Assembly: GCA_964654995.1 (NCBI GenBank)
Contig: CAZZKF010000003.1
Span: 12,276 to 76,275 of the forward strand
Length of the DNA: 64,000 nucleotides
Source: an uncultured Alphaproteobacteria bacterium
GTDB lineage: Bacteria; Pseudomonadota; Alphaproteobacteria; CAZZKF01
Direction: 5' to 3'
Part shown: in pieces, positions 32,684 through 43,145 of the stretch
How positions within the stretch are numbered: position 1 is the first letter of the stretch
Layout: each line of letters opens with the position of its first letter
Notes under the pieces: model-generated
Told to the model about the DNA's origin: nothing
Databases searched by the model: none
The model's input: the letters and a program-made list of their open reading frames with translations, nothing else
Position numbers and translations under genes: made by a program

Positions 32684-33577
32684 ATGAACAAAGACGAACG
32701 TCCGATCATCATCAAGAAGGTGAAAAAAAGCAGCGAAGGCCACCATGGTGGCGCCTGGAAAATCGCCTATGCCGATTTCGTGACCGCGATGATGGCGTTC
32801 TTTCTGCTCTTGTGGCTGGTCAGTGCCACCACCGAAGAACAGCGCCTCGGCATCGCCGACTATTTTGCCCCGACGGTGGCCAGCGAAAGCCTGAGCGGCG
32901 CGGGTGCGGTGCTGAGCGGTCGCTCGGTCTCGGAGGACGGCGCCCAGTCGTCGGGTTCGGTGATGGTCAGCATACCGAACACGCCGCCACAGATGACCAA
33001 GCCCGATAAGAGCACCGGCGAGGCCAAAACCAAGTCCGCGGAATCCGAGATGGCCGACAAGCTGGTCGCCGAACAGGAACAGGCCCTGTTCCTCGAGGCC
33101 GAACAGGAACTGCGGGATGCCTTTGCCAGCCGCCCCGATCTCAAGGATCTGGCCGACCACATCGTCATCGATCAGACCCCCGAGGGCCTGCGGATCCAGA
33201 TCGTCGACCGCGAGGGCCAGTCGAGTTTCCGCGTCGGCAGTGCCGAGCTGACGCCTGCCGGACGGCGGCTGATCAAGGCGGTGGCCCGCGTCATCGGCCG
33301 TCTGCCCAACCGCATCTCGGTGTTCGGCCATACCGACGCCAATCCGTTTCGCGGCGCCAATGGCGAATCGAACTGGGAACTGAGTGCCGAGCGTGCCAAT
33401 GCCAGCCGCCGGGTGCTGCTGGCCAATGGCCTGTCGGAGGACCGCATCTTTCAGGTCACCGGCAAGGCGGCGACCGAGCCGCTGCTGCCTGACAATCCCT
33501 ATCGCCCGGCCAATCGCCGCATCACCATTCTGCTGATGCGCGAAGCCCCGGTGCTGCCGCCCGACGCCGACGAATAG
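32684..33577 (+). CDS. motB: Flagellar motor protein MotB (OmpA-like)
   Basis: Single TM with the conserved Asp (AYADFVTAMMAFFLLLW) and a C-terminal OmpA-like peptidoglycan-binding domain (FGHTD...NWELSAERANA). Confidence 0.85.
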   Translation: MNKDERPIIIKKVKKSSEGHHGGAWKIAYADFVTAMMAFFLLLWLVSATTEEQRLGIADYFAPTVASESLSGAGAVLSGRSVSEDGAQSSGSVMVSIPNTPPQMTKPDKSTGEAKTKSAESEMADKLVAEQEQALFLEAEQELRDAFASRPDLKDLADHIVIDQTPEGLRIQIVDREGQSSFRVGSAELTPAGRRLIKAVARVIGRLPNRISVFGHTDANPFRGANGESNWELSAERANASRRVLLANGLSEDRIFQVTGKAATEPLLPDNPYRPANRRITILLMREAPVLPPDADE

Positions 33578-33749
33578 AGGGCCGCACAGGCTTTCGCCGG
33601 CCCCGCCCCCGGCCCCGGGGCATCGTTGACACCCCCAGCCCCTTCCAGTACCGGTTAGTGACGGGACCGCCGAGGCAGTTTGCCGGCCGCGGCAGTTCCG
33701 GCATACGCAGGGCACGGCAGACAGGGACTTTCGGGGGCGAGCGGCAGCT

Positions 33750-35597
33750 ATGACGGCAATCGATCCGACCCTGCAGATGTGGGCGGCCTTCGCCATCATC
33801 CTCGGTGGCATCGTCGCCTACATGATGGAGCGCGTGACCCTGGAACTCACGTCTCTGGGGGTTCTCGCCTGCCTGTTGCTGTTTTTCTATTTCGTGCCCG
33901 TCCTCGGGCCCGACGGACAGAACCTCCTGGGCGCGCGGCGCCTGCTCGCCGGCTTTGCCGATCCGGCGCTGGTGGCCATCATGTCCCTGCTGGTCGTCGG
34001 CCAGGGGCTGGTGCATACCGGGGCGCTGGATTATCCGGCCCGCCAACTGGTGCGGCTGGGAGGGCGCTGGCCACCCCTGACCCTGGGGCTGACCCTGCTC
34101 ACTGTGCTGCTGATCAGCGCCGTGCTCAACAACACCCCCGTGGTCGTCATTTTCATCCCGATCATGAGCGCACTCGCCGAACGCCTGGGGTGGTCGGTCA
34201 GTGCGGTGATGATGCCGCTCAGCATGGCGGCGATCCTCGGCGGCATGACGACACTGATCGGGTCGAGCACCAACCTCCTGGTCTCGGGCGCGCTCGAAGG
34301 CCTGGACCACCCGGGTCTGGGCTTTTTCGACTTCACCCTGCCCGGCCTGGTACTGGCCACCGTCGGCTTCATCTACGTCCTGGTCATCGCGCCGCGCCTG
34401 GTCAGGGACCGGGCGACTTTGGCCGGCCGGCTGGTCGGCTCCGGGGGCAAGCAGTTCATCGCCCAGATCGAGGTCACGCCGGACAGCGCACTGGCCGGGG
34501 AAAAGGCTGTGGCCGGCATGTTCCCGAGCCTGCCGGACATGACCGTACGCCTCATCCAGCGCGATGAAGAGGCGATCCTGCCGCCCTTCGATGGCGTCAC
34601 CTTGCAGCCCGGCGACGCAGTCATCGTCGCCGCCACCCGCAGCGCCCTGACCGAGGTTTTGTCGCGCAGCCCGAAATTGTTGCAGGGCGTGCTGGAAGAG
34701 GCGACCAGCGAAGAGGGCGGTTCGCTGGCCACCCCGGCCGGCGACCGCATCCTCGCCGAAGTGGTGGTGGCGCCGGCTTCGCGGATGGACGGGCGCACGC
34801 TCACCCAGATCGGCTTTCGCCATCAGACCGGCTGCATCGTGCTCGGCATCCAGCGCCGCTCCCGCATGATCCGCACCCGCATGAACGAGATCCGCCTGCA
34901 GGCCGGCGACGTGCTGCTGGTGATCGGCAAGCGCTCCGACGTGCTCGGCCTGCGCGCCAATCCCGACGTCCTGCTGCTGGAATGGTCGGCCAGCGAGCTG
35001 CCGACCCGCGGGCACGTCGGCCGGGCGGCCCTGGTATTCGCCGCGGTCGTCGGCTTTGCGGCGCTTGAAATCGTGCCGATCGCGATCACCGCGCTGGCCG
35101 GTGCCGCCCTGATGATCGCCACCGGCTGCCTGAACGTGCGCCAGGCCGCCCGCGCGATCGACCGGCGCATCGTGCTGATCATCGCCGCGGCGCTGGCCAT
35201 GGGGGCGGCGCTCGAGGCCACCGGCGGCGCCGCCTATCTGGCGCATACCCTGATCACCGCCTTTGCCGGCACCAGCACGCCGATCATCCTGTCGGTGTTT
35301 TTCGCCCTGGTTGCGGCGCTCACCAACGTGCTCAGCAACAATGCCACCGCCGTCCTGTTCACGCCGATCGCCGTCAACCTTGCCGGCGAACTGGGTGCCG
35401 ATCCGATGGTCTTCGTCTTTGCCGTGATCTTTGCCGCCAACTGTTCGTTCGCAACGCCGATGGGCTACCAGACCAATCTGCTGGTGATGGGCCCCGGCCA
35501 CTACAAATTCAGCGACTTCCTGCGCGCCGGCACGCCGCTGATCGTTCTCATCTGGCTGACTTTCTCGCTGTTCGCGCCGTGGTATTATAATCTTTGA
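33750..35597 (+). CDS. SLC13/DASS-family anion transporter with two TrkA-C (RCK_C) domains
   Basis: 615 aa. N- and C-terminal permease halves flank a central soluble TrkA-C-like repeat (QIEVTPDSALAGEKAV..., EVVVAPASRMDGRTL...). Confidence 0.75.
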   Translation: MTAIDPTLQMWAAFAIILGGIVAYMMERVTLELTSLGVLACLLLFFYFVPVLGPDGQNLLGARRLLAGFADPALVAIMSLLVVGQGLVHTGALDYPARQLVRLGGRWPPLTLGLTLLTVLLISAVLNNTPVVVIFIPIMSALAERLGWSVSAVMMPLSMAAILGGMTTLIGSSTNLLVSGALEGLDHPGLGFFDFTLPGLVLATVGFIYVLVIAPRLVRDRATLAGRLVGSGGKQFIAQIEVTPDSALAGEKAVAGMFPSLPDMTVRLIQRDEEAILPPFDGVTLQPGDAVIVAATRSALTEVLSRSPKLLQGVLEEATSEEGGSLATPAGDRILAEVVVAPASRMDGRTLTQIGFRHQTGCIVLGIQRRSRMIRTRMNEIRLQAGDVLLVIGKRSDVLGLRANPDVLLLEWSASELPTRGHVGRAALVFAAVVGFAALEIVPIAITALAGAALMIATGCLNVRQAARAIDRRIVLIIAAALAMGAALEATGGAAYLAHTLITAFAGTSTPIILSVFFALVAALTNVLSNNATAVLFTPIAVNLAGELGADPMVFVFAVIFAANCSFATPMGYQTNLLVMGPGHYKFSDFLRAGTPLIVLIWLTFSLFAPWYYNL

Positions 35598-36388
35598 TAA
35601 ACGAGTCGCGAGGCGAACGACGATATGCAGAGCGAGGCGTTGAGGTGACCGACCAGTCGATTGGCCTGCCGAATTTTTCACTGACCGTACCGGCGCCGTG
35701 CCCCTATCTGCCGGACCGGCGCGAGCGCAAGATATTCACCCAGTTGATCGGCGAGAACGCGCAAAGCCTTAACGATGCGCTGACCCAGGTCGGATTCCGG
35801 CGCAGCCAGAACGTCGTTTACAAGCCGGCCTGCGACGGCTGCGATGCCTGCGTTTCGGTGCGCATTCCGGTCGATGGGTTCCGCCCGGTGCGCTGGATGC
35901 GCCGGATCCTGCGCACCAACGCCGACCTCGATGTCCGGGCCAGCGGGCTGGCCAGCACCGACGAGCAGTTTCATCTGCTGCGCCGCTATCTCAAGAGCCG
36001 CCACCCGGACGGCGGCATGGCCGAGATGGACCTTTACGACTTCATGGAGATGGTCGAGGCGAGCCCGGTCGATACCTTCATCGTCGAATACCGCATGCCG
36101 AGCACCGGTGAGCAGCCCCGCTACGGCGATCTGGTCGGAGCGTGCCTCACCGACATGATGAGCGACGGCCTGTCCATGGTCTACAGCTTCTACGATCCCG
36201 ACCAGGACAGGCGCAGCCTGGGCAGCTACATCATCCTTTCGCATGTCGAACTGGCCCGGCGCCTGCGGCTGCCTTACGTCTATCTCGGCTACTGGATCGC
36301 CGGCTGCCGCAAGATGGACTACAAGGCCCGCTTCCGGCCCCTCGAGATGCTCACCGACGACGGCTGGGAGCCGTTTCCCGAACGCTGA
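35594..36388 (+). CDS. bpt: Aspartate/glutamate leucyltransferase (arginyltransferase-like)
   Basis: The CPYLPDRRERK motif and GFRRSQNVVYKPACDGCDAC are the ATE N/C-domain signature of bacterial Bpt. The start overlaps the preceding stop (ATGA). Confidence 0.8.
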   Translation: MINESRGERRYAERGVEVTDQSIGLPNFSLTVPAPCPYLPDRRERKIFTQLIGENAQSLNDALTQVGFRRSQNVVYKPACDGCDACVSVRIPVDGFRPVRWMRRILRTNADLDVRASGLASTDEQFHLLRRYLKSRHPDGGMAEMDLYDFMEMVEASPVDTFIVEYRMPSTGEQPRYGDLVGACLTDMMSDGLSMVYSFYDPDQDRRSLGSYIILSHVELARRLRLPYVYLGYWIAGCRKMDYKARFRPLEMLTDDGWEPFPER

Positions 36389-36510
36389 TCTGGCCGTGAT
36401 CCGATCAACTCGGTGGCAACCGCCACCGGTCGGTTGCGTTTGTTCCCCCGGTTCCTATACTTGCGGCGGGCGAAGTCCCGGATCGCACTTCTGTGGGGGA
36501 GCCGTTGATG

Positions 36511-37593
36511 TCGATCAAGCGCCGCACTTTTCTCAAACGGGCCGCGGCCGGAACCGTGGCCGGGGCGACGCTCAGCGCCCCGGCAATCGCCGCCGGACGG
36601 CGCCGTCTCAAGATGGTCACCACCTGGCCGAAGAACTTTCCCGGCGTCGGCACCGGCGCCGAGCGCCTCGCCCGGCGGATCACCGAGGCCAGCGACGGCC
36701 AGCTCACCGTGCGGGTGCTGGCCGCCGGCGAACTGGTCCCCGCTTTCAGCTCGTTCGATGCGGTGTCCAGCGGCACCGCCGAGATGTATCACGGCGCCGA
36801 TTACTACTGGCAGGGCAAGTCCAAGGCCTTCAACTTCTATTCCGCCGTCCCCTTCGGCATGACCGGGCCGGAACTGGCCGCCTGGATCCGGGTCGGCGGC
36901 GGTCAGGAGCTGTGGGACGAACTGTGCGCGCCGTTCGGCATCAAGCCGTTCTTCGCCGGCGGCACCGGGGCCCAGATGGGCGGCTGGTTCAAGAAGGAAA
37001 TCAATTCGCTGGAGGACTTCAAGGGCCTCAAGATCCGCATGCCGGGATTGGGCGGCGAGGTTCTGCGGCGCCTTGGCGCGGCCGCCGTCACTCTGCCGGC
37101 CGGCGAGATTTTCCCGGCCCTGCAGTCGGGTGCGATCGACGCCACCGAATGGATCGGACCGTGGAACGATCTTGCCTTCGGCTTCTACAAGATCGTCAAA
37201 TACTACTACTACCCGGGCTTTCACGAACCCGGCACCGGTCTGGGGGTGGGCATCAACATGGAGGTCTGGGAGAGCTTCACCAAAAGCCAGAAGGCGATCA
37301 TCCGCGACGCCATGGCCGCCGAGCAGAGCGTCATGGTCGCCGAATTCGACGGCCGCAACGCCCAGGCGCTCGAGGTCCTGCTGCGCGATCACGGCGTCAA
37401 GCTGCGCCGCTTTTCGGACGACATCCTGCGCGCCATCCGCAAGGTCTCGGCCGAAGTCGTCGCCAAGGCCGCCGAGAGCGATGCCATGTCGAAAAAGGTC
37501 TATGACAGCTACACGGCGTTCCAGAAAAGCATCATGGGCTGGAGTGATGTCACGGCGCATGCCTACGAGAACGCCCGGCGTCTGCCCGATTGA
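36511..37593 (+). CDS. dctP: TRAP transporter substrate-binding protein (DctP family), Tat signal
   Basis: MSIKRRTFLKRAAAGTVAGATLSAPAIAAG is a twin-arginine signal, followed by a DctP-like periplasmic binding fold. Confidence 0.8.
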   Translation, partial: SIKRRTFLKRAAAGTVAGATLSAPAIAAGRRRLKMVTTWPKNFPGVGTGAERLARRITEASDGQLTVRVLAAGELVPAFSSFDAVSSGTAEMYHGADYYWQGKSKAFNFYSAVPFGMTGPELAAWIRVGGGQELWDELCAPFGIKPFFAGGTGAQMGGWFKKEINSLEDFKGLKIRMPGLGGEVLRRLGAAAVTLPAGEIFPALQSGAIDATEWIGPWNDLAFGFYKIVKYYYYPGFHEPGTGLGVGINMEVWESFTKSQKAIIRDAMAAEQSVMVAEFDGRNAQALEVLLRDHGVKLRRFSDDILRAIRKVSAEVVAKAAESDAMSKKVYDSYTAFQKSIMGWSDVTAHAYENARRLPD

Positions 37594-37623
37594 CGGCCCA
37601 CACGTCGAGGGAAGCTTCATCCG

Positions 37624-38169
37624 GTGATCGCCGCCCTGACCGCCCTGAAAAACGCCATCGACGGCCTCAACCGCCGGGTCGGGCATGTGGTCTCATGGCT
37701 GGCCCTGTTTCTGGTGCTGGTCCAGTTCGTCATCGTCGTGCTGCGCTATGTGTTCGGCATCGGCTCGATCTGGCTGCAGGAATCGCTGCTGTATTCGCAC
37801 GGCTTTCTGTTCACGCTGGCGGCCGGCTACACGCTGCTGCACGACGCCCATGTCCGGGTCGACGTGTTCTATCGCGAGGCCCGGCCAAAGACCAAGGCGA
37901 TCGTCGATCTGTGCGGGGCGGTGGCCTTCCTGCTGCCCGTCTGCATCGTCATCTGGTGGCTGGGCTGGCCGTTCGTCGCCGCCTCCTGGGCGGTTCTCGA
38001 GGGCTCGCCCGAGACCAGCGGCATCCAGGGCGTTTATCTCCTGAAGACGGCGATCCTCGGCTTTGCCCTGCTGTTGGGCCTGCAAGCCGTTTCCATGGCG
38101 ATCGGCGCCGGGCTCTATCTGGCCGGCCACGGCGAGCTGCCGGAAGCCGACGGCGTCGAGCCGGTGTAA
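37624..38169 (+). CDS. dctQ: TRAP transporter small permease
   Basis: 181 aa with 4 TM helices, located between dctP and dctM. Confidence 0.75.
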   Translation: MIAALTALKNAIDGLNRRVGHVVSWLALFLVLVQFVIVVLRYVFGIGSIWLQESLLYSHGFLFTLAAGYTLLHDAHVRVDVFYREARPKTKAIVDLCGAVAFLLPVCIVIWWLGWPFVAASWAVLEGSPETSGIQGVYLLKTAILGFALLLGLQAVSMAIGAGLYLAGHGELPEADGVEPV

Positions 38170-38199
38170 AGCGGTTCAGGACAAGCGGAACGATCGCGC

Positions 38200-39774
38200 A
38201 TGGGGCTTCCCGAACTGCTTGATCTGTTGATGTTCGCGACCGCCTGTGTCTTCCTGCTGAGCGGTTTTCCGGTGGCCTTCACGCTCGGTGGCACGGCGCT
38301 GTTGTTCGCCGCTCTGGCGACCCTGCTTGGCGTTTTCGATGTCGCCTTCCTCACCGCCCTGCCGCACCGCATCTTCGGCACCATGACCAACGAGGTGCTG
38401 ATTGCAGTGCCCTTGTTCGTGGTCATGGGGGTGATGCTGGAACGCTCCAAGGTCGCCGAGGATCTGCTCGACAACATGGGGCGGCTGTTCGGCAAGCTGC
38501 GCGGCGGGCTGGGGATTTCAGTGTCCGTCGTCGGCGCGCTGCTGGCGGCGTCGACCGGCATCGTCGGCGCCACGGTGGTCACCATGGGCCTGATTTCGCT
38601 GCCCACCATGCTCAGGCGCGGTTATGACCCGCGTCTTGCCTGCGGCTCGATCGCCGCTGCCGGGACGCTCGGTCAGATCATTCCGCCGTCGATTGTGCTG
38701 GTGCTGCTCGGCGACGTGCTGTCGTCGGCCTACCAGCAGGCGCAACTCGCCCAGGGGATTTTTTCGCCCGATACCATGTCGGTGGGCGATCTCTTTGCCG
38801 GCGCCCTGATCCCGGGCATCGGCCTCGTGGTGCTGTACATCCTCTATCAGATCGGCATGGCGATCTGGCGCCCCAAGACCTCGCCGGCGATCGAGCGCGA
38901 GCCCGGCGACGGGCCGGACAAGGGGCGGCTGCTGCGCCTGGCCCGCGCGCTGATAGCGCCTTTGGTGCTGATCGTCGCGGTGCTCGGCTCGATCCTTGCC
39001 GGCATCGCCACGCCAACCGAGGCGGCGGCCGTCGGTGCCGTCGGCGCGCTGATGCTGGCCGGGCAGCGGCTGGGCGCAGCCCGGCCGATCCCGGTGCTTG
39101 CCGGCGCCCTTGGCATGATCGCGCTGGTCATCCTGACGACGACGCTGGATCTGCGGCTCGGGCGCAATGTCGTGCCGCTTGCTGATCGCATCGGCATCGC
39201 GCTGGCGTTCATCGCCAGCGCCGCAGCCACATGGGGGATCGGGGCCAGCCTGCTGCGCACCTATCGCGCCGGCGTATTGGTTGCCGTGATGCGTTCGTCG
39301 ACCCGGATCACCGCCATGGTGTTCGCCATCTTGATCGGCGCCGCGGTCTTTTCGCTGGTCTTCCGCGGGCTCGGCGGTGATGAAGCGGTGACCGACTTCC
39401 TCGCCAATCTGCCGGGCGGGCGGTTTGCCGCGGTCGCCCTGGTGATGGCGGTGATGTTCGTGCTCGGCTTCTTCCTCGACTTCATCGAGATCACCTTCGT
39501 GGTGGTCCCCATCGTTGCCCCGGCGCTGTTGATGATGGGCTTCGATCCGGTGTGGCTGGGCGTAATGATGGCGGTGAACTTACAGACCTCGTTCCTCACC
39601 CCGCCGTTCGGTTTTGCGCTGTTCTACCTGCGCGGGGTGGCGCCCGACGGCGTGTCGACCGGCATGATCTACCGGGGCGTCGCGCCGTTCGTGGCGATTC
39701 AGCTCATCGCGCTGCTGCTGCTCACCTTGATGCCGGGTCTCGCCACCTGGCTGCCGTCGATCGTCTTCGAATAA
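38200..39774 (+). CDS. dctM: TRAP transporter large permease
   Basis: 524 aa polytopic membrane protein of the DctM fold, last gene of the dctPQM set. Confidence 0.85.
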   Translation: MGLPELLDLLMFATACVFLLSGFPVAFTLGGTALLFAALATLLGVFDVAFLTALPHRIFGTMTNEVLIAVPLFVVMGVMLERSKVAEDLLDNMGRLFGKLRGGLGISVSVVGALLAASTGIVGATVVTMGLISLPTMLRRGYDPRLACGSIAAAGTLGQIIPPSIVLVLLGDVLSSAYQQAQLAQGIFSPDTMSVGDLFAGALIPGIGLVVLYILYQIGMAIWRPKTSPAIEREPGDGPDKGRLLRLARALIAPLVLIVAVLGSILAGIATPTEAAAVGAVGALMLAGQRLGAARPIPVLAGALGMIALVILTTTLDLRLGRNVVPLADRIGIALAFIASAAATWGIGASLLRTYRAGVLVAVMRSSTRITAMVFAILIGAAVFSLVFRGLGGDEAVTDFLANLPGGRFAAVALVMAVMFVLGFFLDFIEITFVVVPIVAPALLMMGFDPVWLGVMMAVNLQTSFLTPPFGFALFYLRGVAPDGVSTGMIYRGVAPFVAIQLIALLLLTLMPGLATWLPSIVFE

Positions 39775-39884
39775 GCCCGCCGACGCCGGGGTCACGGTTT
39801 TTTCGCAAAATTTTAATCAAACGGTAACCGGCGTTTCCGAAACTGGGACATGGCTCCTCACAGATCCTTGGAGATCCGTGACCC

Positions 39885-40073
39885 ATGTTGTGGAAACGCG
39901 AACGCCCGGCAACCGCCGAAAGAAGCGACGTGATCGACGATCCGGTCGTGCGCCGGGTGCTCGAGGATGCCGGCGACGGCGTGCAAGACCTGCAGCCGCG
40001 TTTCACCCCGTTCGGGCGCGGGCCGGAACCTGAGATCCTGCGGGCGATCACCGCCGCCCGGTCGATCGCGTAG
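39885..40073 (+). CDS. Possible small hypothetical protein (62 aa)
   Basis: ATG preceded by GGAG about 10 nt upstream. Third-position GC bias is consistent with coding, but there is no recognisable family. Confidence 0.2.
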   Translation: MLWKRERPATAERSDVIDDPVVRRVLEDAGDGVQDLQPRFTPFGRGPEPEILRAITAARSIA

Positions 40074-40092
40074 GGCGCCCTTCCCGCCTGAA

Positions 40093-42321
40093 CTACCCGG
40101 AAAACCGCCCCGATTTGGGGAAGCCCTTGGGCACCGCGCGCCCGGCGCCGCCGCGCCGCCCCAGCCAGTGATCGAGATCGGTGAGCGTGCGGGTGCGGCT
40201 GCCGGCCGGCCAGGTCAGCCCGTCGGCGCGCGAAAACACCGTGACATCGCGAATCGCGCCCTGGGCATAGCGTTGCAGGCGCACACCCTGGCCGCGGGTC
40301 ATGGTCGGCATCTCGTCGAGGCCGAAGATCAGCATCTTGCGGTTGCTGCCGACCACCGCCACCATATCACCGTCCGCCGCCAGACAGGCAATCGCGCGGT
40401 CATGAATGCCGACGTTGAGCACCTGCTTGCCGTTGCGGGTTGCGGCGACGACCTTGTCGGCCTCGACGATGAAGCCCTTGCCGGCGGAACTCGCCACCAG
40501 CAGGCGGCTGCCGGGCCGAAAGACGGTCAGCGCGACGATCTTTTCCTCATTGCCGAGATCGATCATCAGGCGCACCGGTTCGCCCATGCCGCGCCCGCCC
40601 GGCAGCTTGTCGCAGGCGAGCGTGTAGAAGCGGCCGTTGGTGGCGAACAGCAAGAGCTTGTCGGTGGTCTGGGCATGCAGCCAGAAGCGGCCGCGGTCGC
40701 CATCCTTGTAGCGCACCTCGGTGCCGTTCTCGACATGGCCCTTGAGCGCCCGGATCCAGCCCTTTTCCGAACAGATCACGGTGATCGGCTCGCGCTCGAT
40801 CATCGCTTCCAAGGGCACGACATTGGCGGCCGGGGCCTCGCCGAAGCCGGTGCGCCGGCGGCCCAGTTCGGTTTCGGGGCCGAACTGTTCGGCAATCGCC
40901 TTCAAGCCCCTGGCAATTTCGCGTTGCTGGCGCTTCTTGCTCTTCAAGAGCGCCTCAAGCGCCCGGGCCTCGGCCACCAGGCCTTCGTGCTCGGTGCGAA
41001 TTTCAACCTCTTTCAGCTTGTTCAGCGCCCGCAACCGCATGTTCAGAATGGCGTCGGCCTGCACTTCCGAGAGCTCGAAGCGGGTCATCAGCTCAACCCT
41101 GGGCTCGTCCTCGAAGCGGACAATGCGGATCACTTCATCCAGATTGAGATAGGCGACCAGGAGCCCGTCGAGGACCTCGATGCGCTGTTCCACCTGGTCC
41201 AGCCGAAAGCGGCTGCGGCGCTGGAGCACGGCAAAGCGATGATCGAGAAAGGCCCGCAGGATCTCGGGCAAGGACATGACCCTAGGCGTCTGCTCGGCAT
41301 CCAGAACGTTGAGATTGAGTGAGATGCGGGTCTCGAGATCGGTCAGCCGATAGAGGCTTTCCATCAGCACCTCGGCGTCGACGGTGCGCGACTTGGGCTC
41401 CAGCACCAGGCGGATCTCGTCGGTCGACTCATCACGCACATCGGCCAGCAGCGTCACCTTGCGCGAGGTGATCAAGTCGGCGATCTTCTCGATCAGGCGC
41501 GACTTCTGCACCTGATAGGGGATTTCGGTGACCACGATCCGGTACTGGCCGCGGCCGGCCTTCTCGACCTGCCAGCGGGCCCGAAGCCGCAGACTGCCAC
41601 GGCCCGTCTCGTAAGCCGCCATCAGGTTCTCGCGCGGCTCGACGATCACCCCGCCGGTGGGAAAGTCGGGCCCCGGCAAAAACGCCATCAGCTCGCGTGT
41701 GCCGGCATCCGGGTGGTCGAGCAGGTGGAGCAGCGCCTGGCAGATCTCGGCCGCATTGTGGGGCGGAATGCTGGTCGCCATGCCGACGGCGATGCCGGCG
41801 GCGCCATTGGCCAGCAGGTTGGGGAAATAGGCCGGAAAGACCACCGGCTCCAGCGCCTCGCCGTCATAGGTGGGGCGAAAATCGACGGTATCCTCGTCGA
41901 TGTCCTGCAACAGAAGCTCGGCGACAGGCGTGAGCCGGGCTTCCGTGTAGCGCATGGCAGCGGCGTTATCGCCGTCGATATTGCCGAAATTGCCCTGGCC
42001 GTCGATCAGCGGATAGCGGACCGAAAAATCCTGGGCAAGCCGCACCATGGCGTCATAGATCGCCTGATCGCCATGGGGATGAAACTTGCCCATGACATCG
42101 CCGACGACGCGGGCCGACTTCTTGAAGCCGGAACCGGGGTCGAGGCGCAATTGGCGCATGGCATAGAGCAGCCGGCGATGCACCGGCTTCAAGCCGTCGC
42201 GCACATCGGGCAGCGAGCGCGACATGATGGTGGACAGCGCATACGACAGATAGCGCGTGCCCAGGGCCTGCGCGAACGCCACCTCCAGAACCTGGCCGGA
42301 GCCCTCGGATGCCTTGCTCAT
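40093..42321 (-). CDS. parC: DNA topoisomerase IV subunit A
   Basis: Winged-helix / active-site Tyr region of GyrA/ParC (MRYTEARL) with a shorter C-terminal domain typical of ParC. Start at MSKASEGS. Confidence 0.88.
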   Translation of the reverse strand: MSKASEGSGQVLEVAFAQALGTRYLSYALSTIMSRSLPDVRDGLKPVHRRLLYAMRQLRLDPGSGFKKSARVVGDVMGKFHPHGDQAIYDAMVRLAQDFSVRYPLIDGQGNFGNIDGDNAAAMRYTEARLTPVAELLLQDIDEDTVDFRPTYDGEALEPVVFPAYFPNLLANGAAGIAVGMATSIPPHNAAEICQALLHLLDHPDAGTRELMAFLPGPDFPTGGVIVEPRENLMAAYETGRGSLRLRARWQVEKAGRGQYRIVVTEIPYQVQKSRLIEKIADLITSRKVTLLADVRDESTDEIRLVLEPKSRTVDAEVLMESLYRLTDLETRISLNLNVLDAEQTPRVMSLPEILRAFLDHRFAVLQRRSRFRLDQVEQRIEVLDGLLVAYLNLDEVIRIVRFEDEPRVELMTRFELSEVQADAILNMRLRALNKLKEVEIRTEHEGLVAEARALEALLKSKKRQQREIARGLKAIAEQFGPETELGRRRTGFGEAPAANVVPLEAMIEREPITVICSEKGWIRALKGHVENGTEVRYKDGDRGRFWLHAQTTDKLLLFATNGRFYTLACDKLPGGRGMGEPVRLMIDLGNEEKIVALTVFRPGSRLLVASSAGKGFIVEADKVVAATRNGKQVLNVGIHDRAIACLAADGDMVAVVGSNRKMLIFGLDEMPTMTRGQGVRLQRYAQGAIRDVTVFSRADGLTWPAGSRTRTLTDLDHWLGRRGGAGRAVPKGFPKSGRFSG

Positions 42322-42337
42322 GGCCCGAAATATAGCA

Positions 42338-43105
42338 TCAGTTTGCCTGATCGCCACAAGATATGGCGGATGCCGCGTCGATCCGGTCGGCCAGCCGCAG
42401 GCGCGCCGGCGGCAGCGCCTTGCCGTGAGGGCTCAGCAGATGATGGGCGAGGAAATGGCCGGTGAGCGCCAGCCCGGCAGCGATATCGGCCGGCGTCGGC
42501 GGCGGCGCCCCGGCGTCCCACAGGAAGGCGGGCAATGGCAGCAGGCGGTCGACATAGGGGCCGGCGGCTTGGCTGCACACCGCGCGCCCGGTCCTGGGAG
42601 AGACATAGGCCAGCCCGTCGGTCTGCCCGGTCACCGCGCAAGCCGAGAGGTCGAGCCCGAAGCCCATCTCAGAGAGCAGCCGCAGCTCCCAGCGGACATA
42701 GGCGGGGCCCCAGCGGGCAGCCGCGCCCTCGCTCGCCTCCAAGGCATCGAGCAGCTCGCGGGTGGCCTCGAACATGGCTTCATGCGGCTCGCGCTCGGGC
42801 ATGGCAAGAGAGGCCAGCGCGCAGGCCGCATTGAGGGCGGCGAGCGGCCCCGGCATCGCCATCAGCACGGCGGCGCGCGAGGCTTCAAGCTCGATGGTGA
42901 AGCTGCCGAGATGCTCGGAGAGGCGCGCCCGCCAGCGGGCCGCAACCTCGTTGCCCGGCTGCAGGACGCCGCGCAGACGCCGCCCCACGCCGCCGCGCAC
43001 CAGGCCGAGGTGGCGGCCGTGGTCACGGGTCAGGAGCTCGGCAATGACACTGGTCTCGCCGTGGCGCCGGGTGCCCAAAACGATGCCGCGATCGGACCAG
43101 TCCAT
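42338..43105 (-). CDS. recO: DNA repair protein RecO
   Basis: [21 protein letters not shown]... RecO N-terminal OB-fold and C-terminal Zn-binding-like Cys (SACAVTG). Part of the conserved rnc-era-recO order. Confidence 0.85.
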   Translation of the reverse strand: MDWSDRGIVLGTRRHGETSVIAELLTRDHGRHLGLVRGGVGRRLRGVLQPGNEVAARWRARLSEHLGSFTIELEASRAAVLMAMPGPLAALNAACALASLAMPEREPHEAMFEATRELLDALEASEGAAARWGPAYVRWELRLLSEMGFGLDLSACAVTGQTDGLAYVSPRTGRAVCSQAAGPYVDRLLPLPAFLWDAGAPPPTPADIAAGLALTGHFLAHHLLSPHGKALPPARLRLADRIDAASAISCGDQAN

Positions 43106-43145
43106 GGTCCCCTACCTGCCACAAGCCGGGGCAGGCGCACCCCGG

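Noticed and set aside
33522-35681. 719-aa minus-strand ORF antisense to the SLC13 transporter gene
   Set aside because: Same reasoning: it spans a well-supported membrane transporter on the other strand, and its translation is compositionally non-protein-like (runs of R/G/A/D/Q).
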